From a bacterium (GTDB taxonomy: Bacteria > Krumholzibacteriota > Krumholzibacteriia > LZORAL124-64-63), in NCBI GenBank assembly GCA_031441465.1, contig JANOEP010000016.1:1-64000 (forward strand): DNA of 64,000 nt. The letters run 5' to 3'. Positions 40,598-51,225 of this stretch are shown piece by piece. Position 1 is the first letter of the stretch. Each line of letters starts with the position of its first letter. A program made the translations under genes and the position numbers. The notes beneath the pieces are model-generated. The model was not told where the DNA came from, ran no database searches, and saw only the letters and a program-made list of their open reading frames with translations.

Positions 40598-42088
40598 ATG
40601 ACGAGTCCGGCCGCGACCGACGACATGACGGCCCCTCGGGAGCCCCTCATCCTGCTGACCGGCGCCAGCGGCTATGTCGGCGGGCGGCTGTTGAAGCTGC
40701 TGGAGGACCAGGGGCGCCGCGTCCGCTGCCTGGCCAGGCGGCCGGAGATCCTCGCGCCGAAGGTCGGGCCCGGGACCGAAATCGTCGCCGGCGACGTCCT
40801 GGAACAGGCGAGTCTCGACGCGGCCATGCGCGGGGTCCGTGCGGCCTACTACCTGGTGCATTCGATGGGGTCGACGGGTTCGTTCGAGATCGAGGACCGC
40901 GCGGCGGCGCTGAATTTCGGGCAGGCGGCGCTGGCGGCTGGCGTGGAGCGCATCGTCTACCTGGGCGGGCTGGGCAGCGACGAGGAGGAACTCTCGCCGC
41001 ACCTGCGCAGCCGGCAGGAGGTCGGGCGGATCCTGCAGCAGTCGGGGGTGCCGGTGCTGGAGTTCCGCGCGTCGATCGTCATCGGCTCCGGCAGCCTCTC
41101 CTTCGAGATGATCCGCTCGCTGGTGGAGCGGTTGCCGGTCATGATCACGCCGAAGTGGGTCAAGGTGCCCGCGCAGCCCATCGCGATCGACGACCTGCTG
41201 GAGTATCTGGCGGCGGCGCTCGAGCTGCCCGTCTCCGCCTGCCGGGTGTACGAGATCGGCGGCGCCGACCGGGTGTCCTACGCGGACATCATGCGCGTCT
41301 ACGCCCGACAGCGGGGGCTGCGGCGGCCGATGATTCCGGTGCCGGTGCTGACCCCGTACCTGTCCAGCCTGTGGCTGGGGCTGATCACGCCGCTGTACGC
41401 GCGCATCGGCCGCAAACTCATCGAGAGCATCGTCCACCCCACGGTGGTGCGGGACGACGCCGCGCGCACCGTCTTCGCCGTGCGGCCGGTGGGCGTCGAG
41501 GAGGCCGTGCGCCGGGCTTTCGCCAGCGAGGAACGCCACTACGCGGCAACGCGCTGGTCCGACGCCCTGTCTTCGTCGGGGGCGCAGCCGACGTGGGGCG
41601 GCGTGCAGTTCGGCTCGCGGCTGGTCGATTCGCGGACCCTGAACGTGCCCGTCCCGTCCGCGGCCGCCTTCCGGCCCATCGAGAGGATCGGCGGCGTGAC
41701 GGGCTGGTACGCGTGGAACTGGCTGTGGCGGTGGCGTGGCTTCCTCGACCTGCTCGTCGGGGGCGTGGGACTGCGGCGGGGACGGCCGTCGCCGCCGACC
41801 CTGCGCGTGGGCGACACGGTCGACTGGTGGCGCGTCGAAGCGCTCGAACCGGGCCGCCGCCTGCGTCTCGCCGCCGAGATGAAACTGCCGGGACGGGCGT
41901 GGCTGGAGTTCGAGGTCACGCCCGACGGTCCGGGCGCGACGATCCGGCAGACCGCGATCTTTGATCCCGTGGGTTTGTTCGGCAGGGCCTACTGGTACGC
42001 GCTCTATCCCGTGCACCAGCTGGTGTTCGGGGGTATGCTCAGAGGGATCGCGCGGGCGGCCCTGCGTCACGAAACGAATGACGGATGA
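40598..42088 (+). CDS. YbjT-like NAD(P)-binding SDR with DUF2867 domain
   Basis: TGASGYVGG, YYLVHSM, HLRSR, LAAEMKLPGRAWLEF; alternative start 40583. Confidence 0.9.
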   Translation: MTSPAATDDMTAPREPLILLTGASGYVGGRLLKLLEDQGRRVRCLARRPEILAPKVGPGTEIVAGDVLEQASLDAAMRGVRAAYYLVHSMGSTGSFEIEDRAAALNFGQAALAAGVERIVYLGGLGSDEEELSPHLRSRQEVGRILQQSGVPVLEFRASIVIGSGSLSFEMIRSLVERLPVMITPKWVKVPAQPIAIDDLLEYLAAALELPVSACRVYEIGGADRVSYADIMRVYARQRGLRRPMIPVPVLTPYLSSLWLGLITPLYARIGRKLIESIVHPTVVRDDAARTVFAVRPVGVEEAVRRAFASEERHYAATRWSDALSSSGAQPTWGGVQFGSRLVDSRTLNVPVPSAAAFRPIERIGGVTGWYAWNWLWRWRGFLDLLVGGVGLRRGRPSPPTLRVGDTVDWWRVEALEPGRRLRLAAEMKLPGRAWLEFEVTPDGPGATIRQTAIFDPVGLFGRAYWYALYPVHQLVFGGMLRGIARAALRHETNDG

Positions 42089-42095
42089 GGTGCCC

Positions 42096-42716
42096 ATGAT
42101 TCCCGCACTCGAAGCCCTCGCACGCCTGCGCGAGGGCAACCAACGCTTCGTGACCGAAGTCCGCAACTGCGACCCGCGCGTGCGGCAGGCCCGCCGCCTC
42201 GAACTGACGGCCGGCCAGGAGCCGCACGCCATCATCCTCGGCTGCTCCGATTCCCGGGTGCCGGCGGAACTCGTCTTCGACCAGGGCCTCGGCGACCTGT
42301 TCGTCATCCGGGTCGCCGGCAACATCGTCGCGCCGTCGCAGGTCGGCAGCGTCGAGTTCGCCGCCGAGCAGTACGGCACGCGGCTCGTCGTGGTGCTCGG
42401 CCACTCCGAGTGCGGCGCCATCCTGGCCACGCTCGACGTCCTCGGGCGTCCGTTCGACGACCACTCGCGCAACCTGCGCTCGATCGTCGACCGCATCCGG
42501 CCCTCGGTGGAGCCGTTGCTGACGTCGGAACTCAGGCACCGTCCGGCGGAGCTGGTGCAGGCGGCCGTGCGGGCCAACATCCGGGTTTCGGTGGACCACC
42601 TGCGGCACGGGTCGGCGATCCTCGAGAAGAGGATCCGCGAGGACGGGCTCCTGGTCGTCGGCGCGGATTATTCGCTGGAAACCGGGATCGTGGACTTCTT
42701 CGACGGGGCGTCGTGA
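42096..42716 (+). CDS. Beta-class carbonic anhydrase
   Basis: GCSDSRV, RVAGN, LGHSECGA zinc ligands. Confidence 0.93.
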   Translation: MIPALEALARLREGNQRFVTEVRNCDPRVRQARRLELTAGQEPHAIILGCSDSRVPAELVFDQGLGDLFVIRVAGNIVAPSQVGSVEFAAEQYGTRLVVVLGHSECGAILATLDVLGRPFDDHSRNLRSIVDRIRPSVEPLLTSELRHRPAELVQAAVRANIRVSVDHLRHGSAILEKRIREDGLLVVGADYSLETGIVDFFDGAS

Positions 42717-42829
42717 TCCGGCCATCCGCCCGCCGGCAATGATGTGGCCGGGTATCCGAATTTTTGATATCCTGGATGCACGCACCACCCGCCTCCCAAG
42801 GCATTCGTCCTTCCCAAAGAGGTTCCGAC

Positions 42830-45800
42830 ATGCGCTTCTCGCGAATCCCCTCCTTGCTGGCCGCTACGGGCGTGCTCGCGATCTGTGCCCTGGCCTTTCA
42901 CGCCGGCACGGGCGTCCGGGATCCGCAGGACCCGTTCGCGCGCGAGATCGCCAGGCTGGAACTGCGCCGCGCCCACGCCGCGCCGGGTTCGGCCGACCGC
43001 TTCAAGGCCGGGTACAAGATCGACCGCATCGAACGCAAGCTGGCCGGAATGCCGGCCTTCGAGGCGCCCGAGGAGTTCGCGCGGCTCATGAACGAGATGC
43101 GCATCCCCGCCGACCGCAAGGAATCCGAGTACGAGGCGGGCTACCTCGTCCGCGAGCTGGGCAAGGCGCGCGCGGCGAAGCGTTCGCCCGCGACGACGCT
43201 GACCTGGGCGAACCGCGGTCCCGGCAACGTCGCCGGCCGGGCGCGCGCGATCGTGGTCGATCCCGACGACCCGACCGCCCAGACCTGGTTCATCGGCACC
43301 GCGGGCGGCGGCGTCTGGAAGACCGCCGACGGCGGGACCACCTGGGCCGACCTGACTCCGGACTTCCCGGTGCTGTCCGTCCAGGCGCTCGCCATGGCCG
43401 CGAGCAACCACAACGTCCTGTACGCCGGCACCGGCGAGAGCTTCTTCAACGTCGACACCATCAACGGCAACGGCATCCTCAAGTCGACGGACCGCGGCCT
43501 GACCTGGTCGCACCTGCCGGCGACCGTCGACGATCCGTCCTTCAACAACGTGGCCCGGATCGTGGTCGACCCCGCGAACGCGAACGTCGTGCTGGCCGTG
43601 ACCACGGTCGGGCGCTACAAGGACTCGGTGCTGCAGCGCTCGAGCATCTTCAAGTCGAGCGACGGCGGGGCGAACTGGACCGAGGTGCATGCGATCACCG
43701 ACATCGGCACCTTCGGCCGGGTCAAGAAGATCCAGCAGATCGTGGCCACGCCCGGCAACTTCAACGTGCTGTACGCGACCGTCGACGAGGGCGGCATCCT
43801 CAAGTCGACCAACGCCGGCAACACCTGGGCCTACGCCAACACCGGCATCGCCGACCTGAGCGGCCGCTTCGAGCTGGCCGTCTCGCCCGTCAGCGCGAGC
43901 CGCCTCTACGCCGCGGCCGAAGGCGTCAGCCACACCGAACTGTGGATCTCGACCAACGCCGGCGCGAGCTGGTCCGAGACCTTCGAGAGCGGGTCGGAGC
44001 CCAACTGGCTCGGCGCGCAGGGCTGGTACGACAACACCATCGTCTGCCACCCGACCGATGTGAACATCCTGTATGTCGGCGGCGTCCGGCTCTGGCAGAT
44101 CACGCTGTCAGGCACCAGCCGCACCACGTCCCAGCTGAGCGCCGGGCCCGTCCACGTGGACCACCACGGCCTCGTGGTGGTGCCGACCGGAGGCGGCGCC
44201 TGGCACCTGCTGAACACCAACGATGGCGGCGTCGGCGTGTCGGCCAGCCAGGCCGCCAACTGGAGCGCGCCCATCGACGGCATGACCACCACGCAATTCT
44301 ACGGCGTCGACAAGCGCCCCGGCGCCAGCGCCTACTTCGGCGGCATGCAGGACAACGGCACCTGGTTCTCGGCGCCCGATCCGGACCGGCTCGCCCCCTG
44401 GACCTTCGCGATCGGCGGCGACGGCTACGAAACCTCGTGGCACTTCGACGACCCGCTGAAGATGATCGGCGGCTACCAGTACAACGGGCTGCTGCGCTCG
44501 CTCGACGGCGGCCAGAGCTGGAACGGCGCCACCAACGGGTTGAGCGACACCGGCGCCGGCTTCGCCCCCTTCATCACCAAGATCGCCAAGACCAACCAGG
44601 CGCCCGACCTGCTGTTCGCCGTGGGCGGCAGCGGCGTGTGGCGTTCGACGGACTTCGGCGGCAACTGGACGCTCACGCCGGTGTCGGCGGCGACCTGGGG
44701 GACGATCGGCAGCTTCCACGGCGTGAAGATCTCGCGGGCCGATCCCGACATCGTCTGGGCGGGAGCGCGCATGGACGGCAGCGGGCGGATCCACGTCTCG
44801 ACCAATGGCGGGCTCAGCTTCAGCGCGGTGCCGAACTACACGACCGCGACCATGGGCGGCATCTCGGGTCTGGCCACCCACCCGACCAACCCTGCGGCGG
44901 CCTACGTCCTGTTCAGCTTCGCGGGGCGGCCCAAGATCCTCAGGACGAACGACCTGGGCCAGACCTGGACCGACCTCACCGGCTTCGCTGCCGGCGGCCC
45001 CAGCACCAACGGTTTCCCCGACGTCGCGGTCTACGATCTGCAGGTCTTCTCCGACGATCCCGACCACCTCTGGGCCGGCACGGAGATCGGCCTGGTCGAG
45101 TCGCTGGACGGCGGCGCCAGCTGGGCGCTCGCCGACAACGGCCTGCCCGCCGTGGCGATCTGGTCGATGACCGAGGTCGAGGACGAGGTCGTGATCGGCA
45201 GCCACGGCCGCGGCATCTGGAGTGTGAAGTTCCCCTCGCTGACGTCAGGCAAGACCTACAAGCCGCTGATCGACGCGCTCTACCAGGGTCCAGACGGGCT
45301 GCTGAGCGTCGACCTGAACCTGCGGTCCGCGTACGACTCGACCCAGGTCTTCGTCGACGGCGCCCGGCGGGCCACCCTGCCGGCCAGCGGGTTCCAGCAG
45401 GACGCTCTGGTCCAGCTGCCGGTGTTGAGCGCCGGCCAGCGCCTCGTCTTCGCCCGCGCCTTCCGCGGCGGGGTCGCCTATGACTCGGTGACCCGCGACC
45501 TCGAGGTGTACCTGTACGCCGCGCCGGTCTCCGCCTACACGAACAATTTCAACGCGTCGGGCGACTTCGTCGGCAGCGGTTTCACGATCGGCGGCTACGC
45601 CGGCTTCAGCAACGGCGCCCTGCATTTCCCGCACAATTATCCCGACAACGCCGCGTACACGGCTATGCTCGCCGTGCCGATCATCGTCGCCCAGGAAAAC
45701 GCCTACGTCTCCTTCGACGAGGTCGTGCTGGTCGAGCCGGGCGAACCGGGCAGCGTCTTCGGCGACAGCGACTTCTGGGACTACGTGATCCTGGAGGGCA

Positions 45801-46354
45801 GCAAGGACGGGTCTAACTGGGTGCCGATCGCCGACGGCTACGATTGTCGTCGCGACGCCGCCTGGGTCACCGCCTGGGACAACGGCACGCCGGGCAGTTC
45901 CTCACTGCTGCGGCCGCACGTGATCGACCTGCACGACACCTTCGTCGTGCGCGACACGATCCTGCTGCGCTTCCGTCTCTACGCCGACAGCGCCGTCAAC
46001 GGCTGGGGTTGGGTCGTCGACAACCTGTCGATCCAGGTCGGCAGCCCGACCGGCGCGGGGGACGGCACGCCGGCGCGCGGCGCGACGCTGGCGCAGAACG
46101 CGCCCAACCCGTTCAACCCGTCCACCGTCATTCGCTACTCGCTGCCGCAGGCCGGACCGGTGAGCCTGCGCATCTACGACGTGCGCGGGCGGCAGGTGCG
46201 GAGCCTCGTCGAGGGGGGGCAGTCCGCCGGCGAACACGTGGTCGTCTGGGACGGACGCGACGACCGGGGGGGCCACGCCGCCAGCGGCGCCTACGTCTAC
46301 CGCCTGCAGGCGGACGGGAAGTCGCAGCAGCGCAACATGATGCTCGTCAGGTGA
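42830..46354 (+). CDS. Large secreted BNR/Asp-box beta-propeller protein with C-terminal FlgD-Ig domain
   Basis: Repeated SxDGGxxW boxes, GPGNVAGR, GGMQDNG, SHGRG; QNAPNPFNP...WDGRD tail. Confidence 0.88.
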   Translation: MRFSRIPSLLAATGVLAICALAFHAGTGVRDPQDPFAREIARLELRRAHAAPGSADRFKAGYKIDRIERKLAGMPAFEAPEEFARLMNEMRIPADRKESEYEAGYLVRELGKARAAKRSPATTLTWANRGPGNVAGRARAIVVDPDDPTAQTWFIGTAGGGVWKTADGGTTWADLTPDFPVLSVQALAMAASNHNVLYAGTGESFFNVDTINGNGILKSTDRGLTWSHLPATVDDPSFNNVARIVVDPANANVVLAVTTVGRYKDSVLQRSSIFKSSDGGANWTEVHAITDIGTFGRVKKIQQIVATPGNFNVLYATVDEGGILKSTNAGNTWAYANTGIADLSGRFELAVSPVSASRLYAAAEGVSHTELWISTNAGASWSETFESGSEPNWLGAQGWYDNTIVCHPTDVNILYVGGVRLWQITLSGTSRTTSQLSAGPVHVDHHGLVVVPTGGGAWHLLNTNDGGVGVSASQAANWSAPIDGMTTTQFYGVDKRPGASAYFGGMQDNGTWFSAPDPDRLAPWTFAIGGDGYETSWHFDDPLKMIGGYQYNGLLRSLDGGQSWNGATNGLSDTGAGFAPFITKIAKTNQAPDLLFAVGGSGVWRSTDFGGNWTLTPVSAATWGTIGSFHGVKISRADPDIVWAGARMDGSGRIHVSTNGGLSFSAVPNYTTATMGGISGLATHPTNPAAAYVLFSFAGRPKILRTNDLGQTWTDLTGFAAGGPSTNGFPDVAVYDLQVFSDDPDHLWAGTEIGLVESLDGGASWALADNGLPAVAIWSMTEVEDEVVIGSHGRGIWSVKFPSLTSGKTYKPLIDALYQGPDGLLSVDLNLRSAYDSTQVFVDGARRATLPASGFQQDALVQLPVLSAGQRLVFARAFRGGVAYDSVTRDLEVYLYAAPVSAYTNNFNASGDFVGSGFTIGGYAGFSNGALHFPHNYPDNAAYTAMLAVPIIVAQENAYVSFDEVVLVEPGEPGSVFGDSDFWDYVILEGSKDGSNWVPIADGYDCRRDAAWVTAWDNGTPGSSSLLRPHVIDLHDTFVVRDTILLRFRLYADSAVNGWGWVVDNLSIQVGSPTGAGDGTPARGATLAQNAPNPFNPSTVIRYSLPQAGPVSLRIYDVRGRQVRSLVEGGQSAGEHVVVWDGRDDRGGHAASGAYVYRLQADGKSQQRNMMLVR

Positions 46355-46388
46355 GACGCCCGCCGGCGCATCGCCGCCGGCGTCTTTT
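46354..46388 (+). terminator. Probable Rho-independent terminator
   Basis: AGACGCC...GGCGTCT stem followed by TTT at the stop codon. Confidence 0.55.
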
Positions 46389-46539
46389 GGAATCCGGATT
46401 TGCCGGGGGACGGGGCCGCGTGATCACGCGCGGCCCCGTCTTCCGTTTCCGGTGTGGTGGGCGTAGAATGGAAGCAGCGCATCCCGTCCGGATATCCGTG
46501 GGACGGCAGCGTGCGATCGAACTTGTCATGGGGGGGGCC

Positions 46540-48054
46540 ATGTCGAACCACAATGCGAAGCCATCGTTCGGTATCCTGATGCCGACCCTGCTCGCCTGCC
46601 TGGCCTGCGCCGTCACGACGGCGGCGACGCCGAACGAAACCAAGATCCAGGCCGCCGACGCGGCGTTCGGCGACCGTTTCGGCTGCAGCCTCGCCGTGTC
46701 GGGCGGCCTCGCCCTGATCGGAGCGCAGGCCAACGACGACGACGGCGGCGATTCCGGCTGCGCCTACGTCCTGGATCTGGACGGGTACACCGAGATCCGC
46801 AAGTTGAGGTCCGCAGACGCCGCCGGCGGCGACTACTTCGGCTGCGCGGTAGGGCTTTGCGGGCAGCGTGCCGTGATCGGCGCGCTGCGGGACGACAACA
46901 CCGCGACCGACGCCGGAGCGGCCTACGTCTTCGACGCGCCCGAAGGGATCGAACGCCGGAAACTCGTGGCCGCCGACGCCGCGGCCAACGATCAGTTCGG
47001 CTGCGCCGTGGCCGTCTCGGACTCGTTCGTCCTGGCGGGCGCCCGCTACTGCGACTCCAGCGTCGCGATCTATGACAGCGGCGCGGCGTACCTGTTCGAA
47101 CCGGACACCGGCGTGGAGAAGTTCAAGCTGATCGCATCGGACTACGGCCGTCAGGACATGTTCGGGTATGCCGTGGCGGTCTCGGACTCGTTCGCGGTGA
47201 TCGGCGCTCCCATGTGGGACGACATCGGCAGGACGGACTGCGGCGCGGTCTACGTCTTCGATCCGCGGACCGGCGTCGAGATCCGGCGGTTGACCGCCAG
47301 CGACCGGGGCGCCTACGACCGTTTCGGCAACGCGGTGGCGCTCTGCGGCCGCACCCTGCTGGTCGGCGCCTACTGGGGCGGCGGGGACGACGACGCCGGC
47401 GCGGCCTACGTCTTCGACATCGCCACAGGTGTCGAACTGCGCAAGCTGACCCCCGCGGACGCGGACTACGGCGACTGGTTCGGCAGCTCCGTCGCGCTCG
47501 CAGGCGGACTGGCCGTGATCGGCGCCTCCCAGCAGGGCTACGGCACGCCGCGGGCGGGGTCGTCCTACGTCTTCAACGTCGCGACGGGTGCCGAGCTGCT
47601 GCGGCTGGCCGCTTCCGACGGCGCCCAGAACGAGGATTTCGGTATCGCGGTCGGCATCTCCGGCGATCTGGTCCTGGTCGGCGCCGACAAGGACGGCAAC
47701 ATCGCTATCAACGCCGGCGCGGTCTACGCCTTCGCACCCGTCATCGACACCACGGATGCCGGACCGGCGCCGGCGGCGCGTCTCGTCGTGCGCAACCATC
47801 CCAATCCGTTCAATCCCGCGACGGAGATCAGTATTACCCTGGCGCATGACGCGGTCGTCTCGGTCAGCATCTACGGCGCGAACGGGGAACTCCGGTGCAC
47901 GCTGTTGGCCGGATCGCTCCGGCCCGCCGGCGAGGTCCGCCTCGCCTGGGACGGCTGCGGCGACGACGGGCGGGATTTGCCGAGCGGCGTCTACTTCTGC
48001 GAAGTCAGGACGCAAACGGAGCGGTCGGCGCACAAGATGATCCTGCAGAGATGA
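46540..48054 (+). CDS. Secreted FG-GAP repeat propeller protein with C-terminal FlgD-Ig domain
   Basis: Seven DxFGxxVA..GA...GAAYVF repeats; NHPNPFNP...WDG tail. Confidence 0.88.
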   Translation: MSNHNAKPSFGILMPTLLACLACAVTTAATPNETKIQAADAAFGDRFGCSLAVSGGLALIGAQANDDDGGDSGCAYVLDLDGYTEIRKLRSADAAGGDYFGCAVGLCGQRAVIGALRDDNTATDAGAAYVFDAPEGIERRKLVAADAAANDQFGCAVAVSDSFVLAGARYCDSSVAIYDSGAAYLFEPDTGVEKFKLIASDYGRQDMFGYAVAVSDSFAVIGAPMWDDIGRTDCGAVYVFDPRTGVEIRRLTASDRGAYDRFGNAVALCGRTLLVGAYWGGGDDDAGAAYVFDIATGVELRKLTPADADYGDWFGSSVALAGGLAVIGASQQGYGTPRAGSSYVFNVATGAELLRLAASDGAQNEDFGIAVGISGDLVLVGADKDGNIAINAGAVYAFAPVIDTTDAGPAPAARLVVRNHPNPFNPATEISITLAHDAVVSVSIYGANGELRCTLLAGSLRPAGEVRLAWDGCGDDGRDLPSGVYFCEVRTQTERSAHKMILQR

Positions 48055-48090
48055 TCAGTCGCGGCGCCCCGGAGCCGCCTGGGACACGTC

Positions 48091-48999
48091 CTAGATGTCG
48101 TCTCCCTGCGTCACGCACAGTTCCAGCAGCCAGTCACGGAACACCGCGACGCGGTGGAGGTCCGCCTTGCGCTCGGGGTGGACGAGGTAGTAGGCGTGCT
48201 CGCTCCTCACCGGCCGGTCGATCGCGACGACGAGCCGACCGCTCGCTATCTCGTCCTGGATCAGAAACCGCGGCAGGACCGCGAGTCCGAGTCCGGCGAT
48301 GGCGGCTTGGATGACCATGTGGAACTGTTCGAATCTCGGCCCCATGCGGCCGTCGATGTCCTCCACGCCACAGGCGCGGAGCCATGCGTGCCAGGCCTGC
48401 GGCCGGGTCGTGTGCTGCAGGAGCGTGTAGCGGCCCACGTCCTGGGGACGAGCCAGTCTGGCGTCTCCGAGCAGCGACGGCGCCCCCACCGGCACGACGA
48501 CCTCGCCCATCAGCTGGCGGCAGATCGCACCCGGCCAGATCTCGCTGCCGAAGTGGATGGCCACGTCGATCTCGCTGCCCGCGAAGTCGAACGGCCTCAC
48601 CTGCGTCACCAGGTTGAGCTGGATGTCGGGATGCCGCGAGGTGAAGTCGCCGAGACGGGGGATGAGCCACCGCGATCCGAAGGTCGGCAGCAGGGCGACG
48701 GTCAGCACGCCGCCGCCGCTGCCGTAGGCCATCAGCTGCAGAGTCGCCGCCTCGGCGCGGTCGAGCAGGTCGCGCACGGCGGCGGCGTAGGTTTCGCCGG
48801 GTTCGGTCAGGACCAGCCGCTGCTTGAGACGGCGGAACAGCGGCCTCCCTACGTACTCCTCGAGTTGCCGGATCTGGCGGCTCACCGCGCTCTGCGTGAC
48901 GTTCAGCTCGCGCGCCGCCCGGGTAAAGCTCATGTGGCGCACGGAGGCCTCGAAGTACTGGAGCGCGGTGAGCGAGGGCAGGATTCGCTTCGAAGTCAT
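48091..48999 (-). CDS. LysR-family regulator (GcvA subfamily)
   Basis: SFTRAARELNVTQSAVSRQI, WLIPRL, DVAIH; divergent from the operon at 49191. Confidence 0.93.
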   Translation of the reverse strand: MTSKRILPSLTALQYFEASVRHMSFTRAARELNVTQSAVSRQIRQLEEYVGRPLFRRLKQRLVLTEPGETYAAAVRDLLDRAEAATLQLMAYGSGGGVLTVALLPTFGSRWLIPRLGDFTSRHPDIQLNLVTQVRPFDFAGSEIDVAIHFGSEIWPGAICRQLMGEVVVPVGAPSLLGDARLARPQDVGRYTLLQHTTRPQAWHAWLRACGVEDIDGRMGPRFEQFHMVIQAAIAGLGLAVLPRFLIQDEIASGRLVVAIDRPVRSEHAYYLVHPERKADLHRVAVFRDWLLELCVTQGDDI

Positions 49000-49190
49000 G
49001 ACTTTTTAGAACAGGCTCCTGATAAATCATCGTTTGGGTCTGGGGCGAAGATGGAACATAATTCCCATCACAGCAACGAGAAACATGCATCTTCGACAAG
49101 TAGATTCGTTTGCGGGAGTATCTGCGATCATTCCAATACCGCATGGATAGGCTGAGCAAGTCAGCCGATCCCGGGCCCCAAGGAGGTACC

Positions 49191-50309
49191 ATGAGCAAGT
49201 ACAAGATCGCCTGGTTGCCCGGCGACGGCGTCGGCATCGAGGTCATGGAGTCGACCAGGATCTGCCTCGACGCCCTCAAGTTCGACGCCGCCTATGTGCA
49301 CGGCGACATCGGGTGGGAGTTCTGGTGCAAGGAGGGTGACGCTTTTCCCCGGCGCACCGTCGATCTCCTGGGGAACTGCGACGCGGCCCTGTTCGGCGCC
49401 ATCACCTCCAAGCCCGTGAAGGACGCGGAGCGCGAGCTCGTTCCCGAGCTGCAGGGCAAGGGCTTGGTCTACCGCAGCCCCATCGTCCGCATGCGGCAGT
49501 CGTTCGACCTCTACACCTGCCTGCGGCCCTGCAAGGCCTACCCGGGCAACCCCCTCAACTACGCGGAAGGCATCGATCTGGTGGTCTTCCGGGAGAACAC
49601 GGAAGATCTCTATGCCGGCGTCGAGTTCAGCCCGGTCCCCGACGAACTCGTCGATGTCCTGAGCCGGCTCAGCAAGCCGTTCTCCCATTTCGCCGCGCTG
49701 CCGGGCAGCGACTACGCCATCACCTGCAAGATCAACTCGAAGAAGGGCTGCGAACGGATCATCCGCGCCGCCTTCGAATACGCCAAGAAGTTCGGCTACC
49801 CCAAAGTCACCGTGATCCACAAGGCGAACGTGGTGCGTGCGACCGAAGGCATGTTCCTGGAGATCGGGAAGCGCGTCGCCAAGGACTACCCGGGGATCCA
49901 GATGGACGACGCCAACATCGACGCCATCTGCATGTGGCTCCTCAAGAACCCCAAGAGCTACGGTGTGCTCGTCGCCACCAACATGTTCGGCGACATCGTC
50001 AGCGACCTCGCCGCGCAGATGGTGGGCGGCCTCGGCTTCGGCTGCTCCGGCAACATCGGCGAGAAGCTCGCCGTGTTCGAGCCGAGCCACGGCAGCGCGC
50101 CCAAGTACGCCGGCCAGAACAAGGTGAACCCCATCGCCACCATCCTCGCCGGTAAGATGATGCTGGACTGGCTGGGCGAGACCGACAAGGGCGCCCGGCT
50201 CGAGAAGGCGGTCGCCCGGATCATCGCCGAAGGCGACGTGCGCACCTACGACATGGGCGGCAGCGCCACGACCCTGGAGATGGGCGAGGCGATCGCCAGG
50301 AAGGTGTAG
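49191..50309 (+). CDS. Isocitrate/isopropylmalate (beta-decarboxylating) dehydrogenase family protein
   Basis: LPGDGVGIEV, RENTEDLY, HKANV, NMFGDIVSDL, FEPSHGSAP. Confidence 0.93.
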   Translation: MSKYKIAWLPGDGVGIEVMESTRICLDALKFDAAYVHGDIGWEFWCKEGDAFPRRTVDLLGNCDAALFGAITSKPVKDAERELVPELQGKGLVYRSPIVRMRQSFDLYTCLRPCKAYPGNPLNYAEGIDLVVFRENTEDLYAGVEFSPVPDELVDVLSRLSKPFSHFAALPGSDYAITCKINSKKGCERIIRAAFEYAKKFGYPKVTVIHKANVVRATEGMFLEIGKRVAKDYPGIQMDDANIDAICMWLLKNPKSYGVLVATNMFGDIVSDLAAQMVGGLGFGCSGNIGEKLAVFEPSHGSAPKYAGQNKVNPIATILAGKMMLDWLGETDKGARLEKAVARIIAEGDVRTYDMGGSATTLEMGEAIARKV

Positions 50310-50313
50310 CGCG

Positions 50314-51213
50314 ATGGCCGAGATCATCATCCACGAGGTCGGCCCCCGTGACGGCCTGCAGGTCGAGAAGCAGGTGGTCCCGACCGACAAGAAGCTCGCG
50401 TGGATCCGGTCGCTCGTCGCCGCGGGCCTGGACATCGTCCAGGTGGGCTCGTTCGTGCACCCGGAGAAGGTGCCGCAGATGGCCGACACGGACGCGCTCT
50501 TCCGCGCGCTCGGCGCCGAGCCGAGAGGCGAGACGATCCTCTCGGGCCTCGTGCTCAACGAGAAGGGCCTCGAGCGCGGGCTCGCGTGCGGCGTCGACAT
50601 GTTCTGCCTCGGGGTCTCGGCCTCCGAGACTCACAGCATGAAGAACACCGGCATGGGCTCCGGGGAGGCGCAGCGCCGCATCATCGCCACGGCGGGGGAA
50701 GCGGTAGCGGCCGGCAAGAAAGTCCAGGTTTCGGTGCAGAGCGCCTTCGGTTGCGGCTTCGAGGGTCCGATCCCGGAGGTGCGGGTCCTCGGCATCGTGC
50801 GCGCCTACCTCGAGGCCGGACTCACGAACATCAGTCTCGCCGACACCGCCGGCCACGCGCACCCGGAGCAGGTGCGGCGGTTGTTCGGCGGGATCCTGCG
50901 CCTCGCGCCGGAGATCCGCTGCACGTGCCACTTCCACGACACCTACGGTCTCGGCATGGCCAACATCTACGCCGCCTCGGAGTCGGGGGTCACCAGCTTC
51001 GAGACCTCGTTCGCCGGCCTGGGCGGCTGTCCGTTCACCAAGGTCGCGGCCGGCAACGTGGCCACCGAGGATCTGGTCCACGCCCTCCGGCGCGGCGGCC
51101 TGCGTCCGGAGATCGATCTCGACGGGATCGTCGCCGTGGCCCGCGAGGTCGCGGCGCATTTCGGGCGTGACATGCCGGGCCGGGTCCACAAGACCGGCCC
51201 GCTCCCCTACTAG
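50314..51213 (+). CDS. HMG-CoA lyase family (DRE-TIM) protein
   Basis: EVGPRDGLQ, LADT, HFHDTYG, GLGGCPF, GNVATED. Confidence 0.92.
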   Translation: MAEIIIHEVGPRDGLQVEKQVVPTDKKLAWIRSLVAAGLDIVQVGSFVHPEKVPQMADTDALFRALGAEPRGETILSGLVLNEKGLERGLACGVDMFCLGVSASETHSMKNTGMGSGEAQRRIIATAGEAVAAGKKVQVSVQSAFGCGFEGPIPEVRVLGIVRAYLEAGLTNISLADTAGHAHPEQVRRLFGGILRLAPEIRCTCHFHDTYGLGMANIYAASESGVTSFETSFAGLGGCPFTKVAAGNVATEDLVHALRRGGLRPEIDLDGIVAVAREVAAHFGRDMPGRVHKTGPLPY

Positions 51214-51225
51214 GCAGGTGATCCG

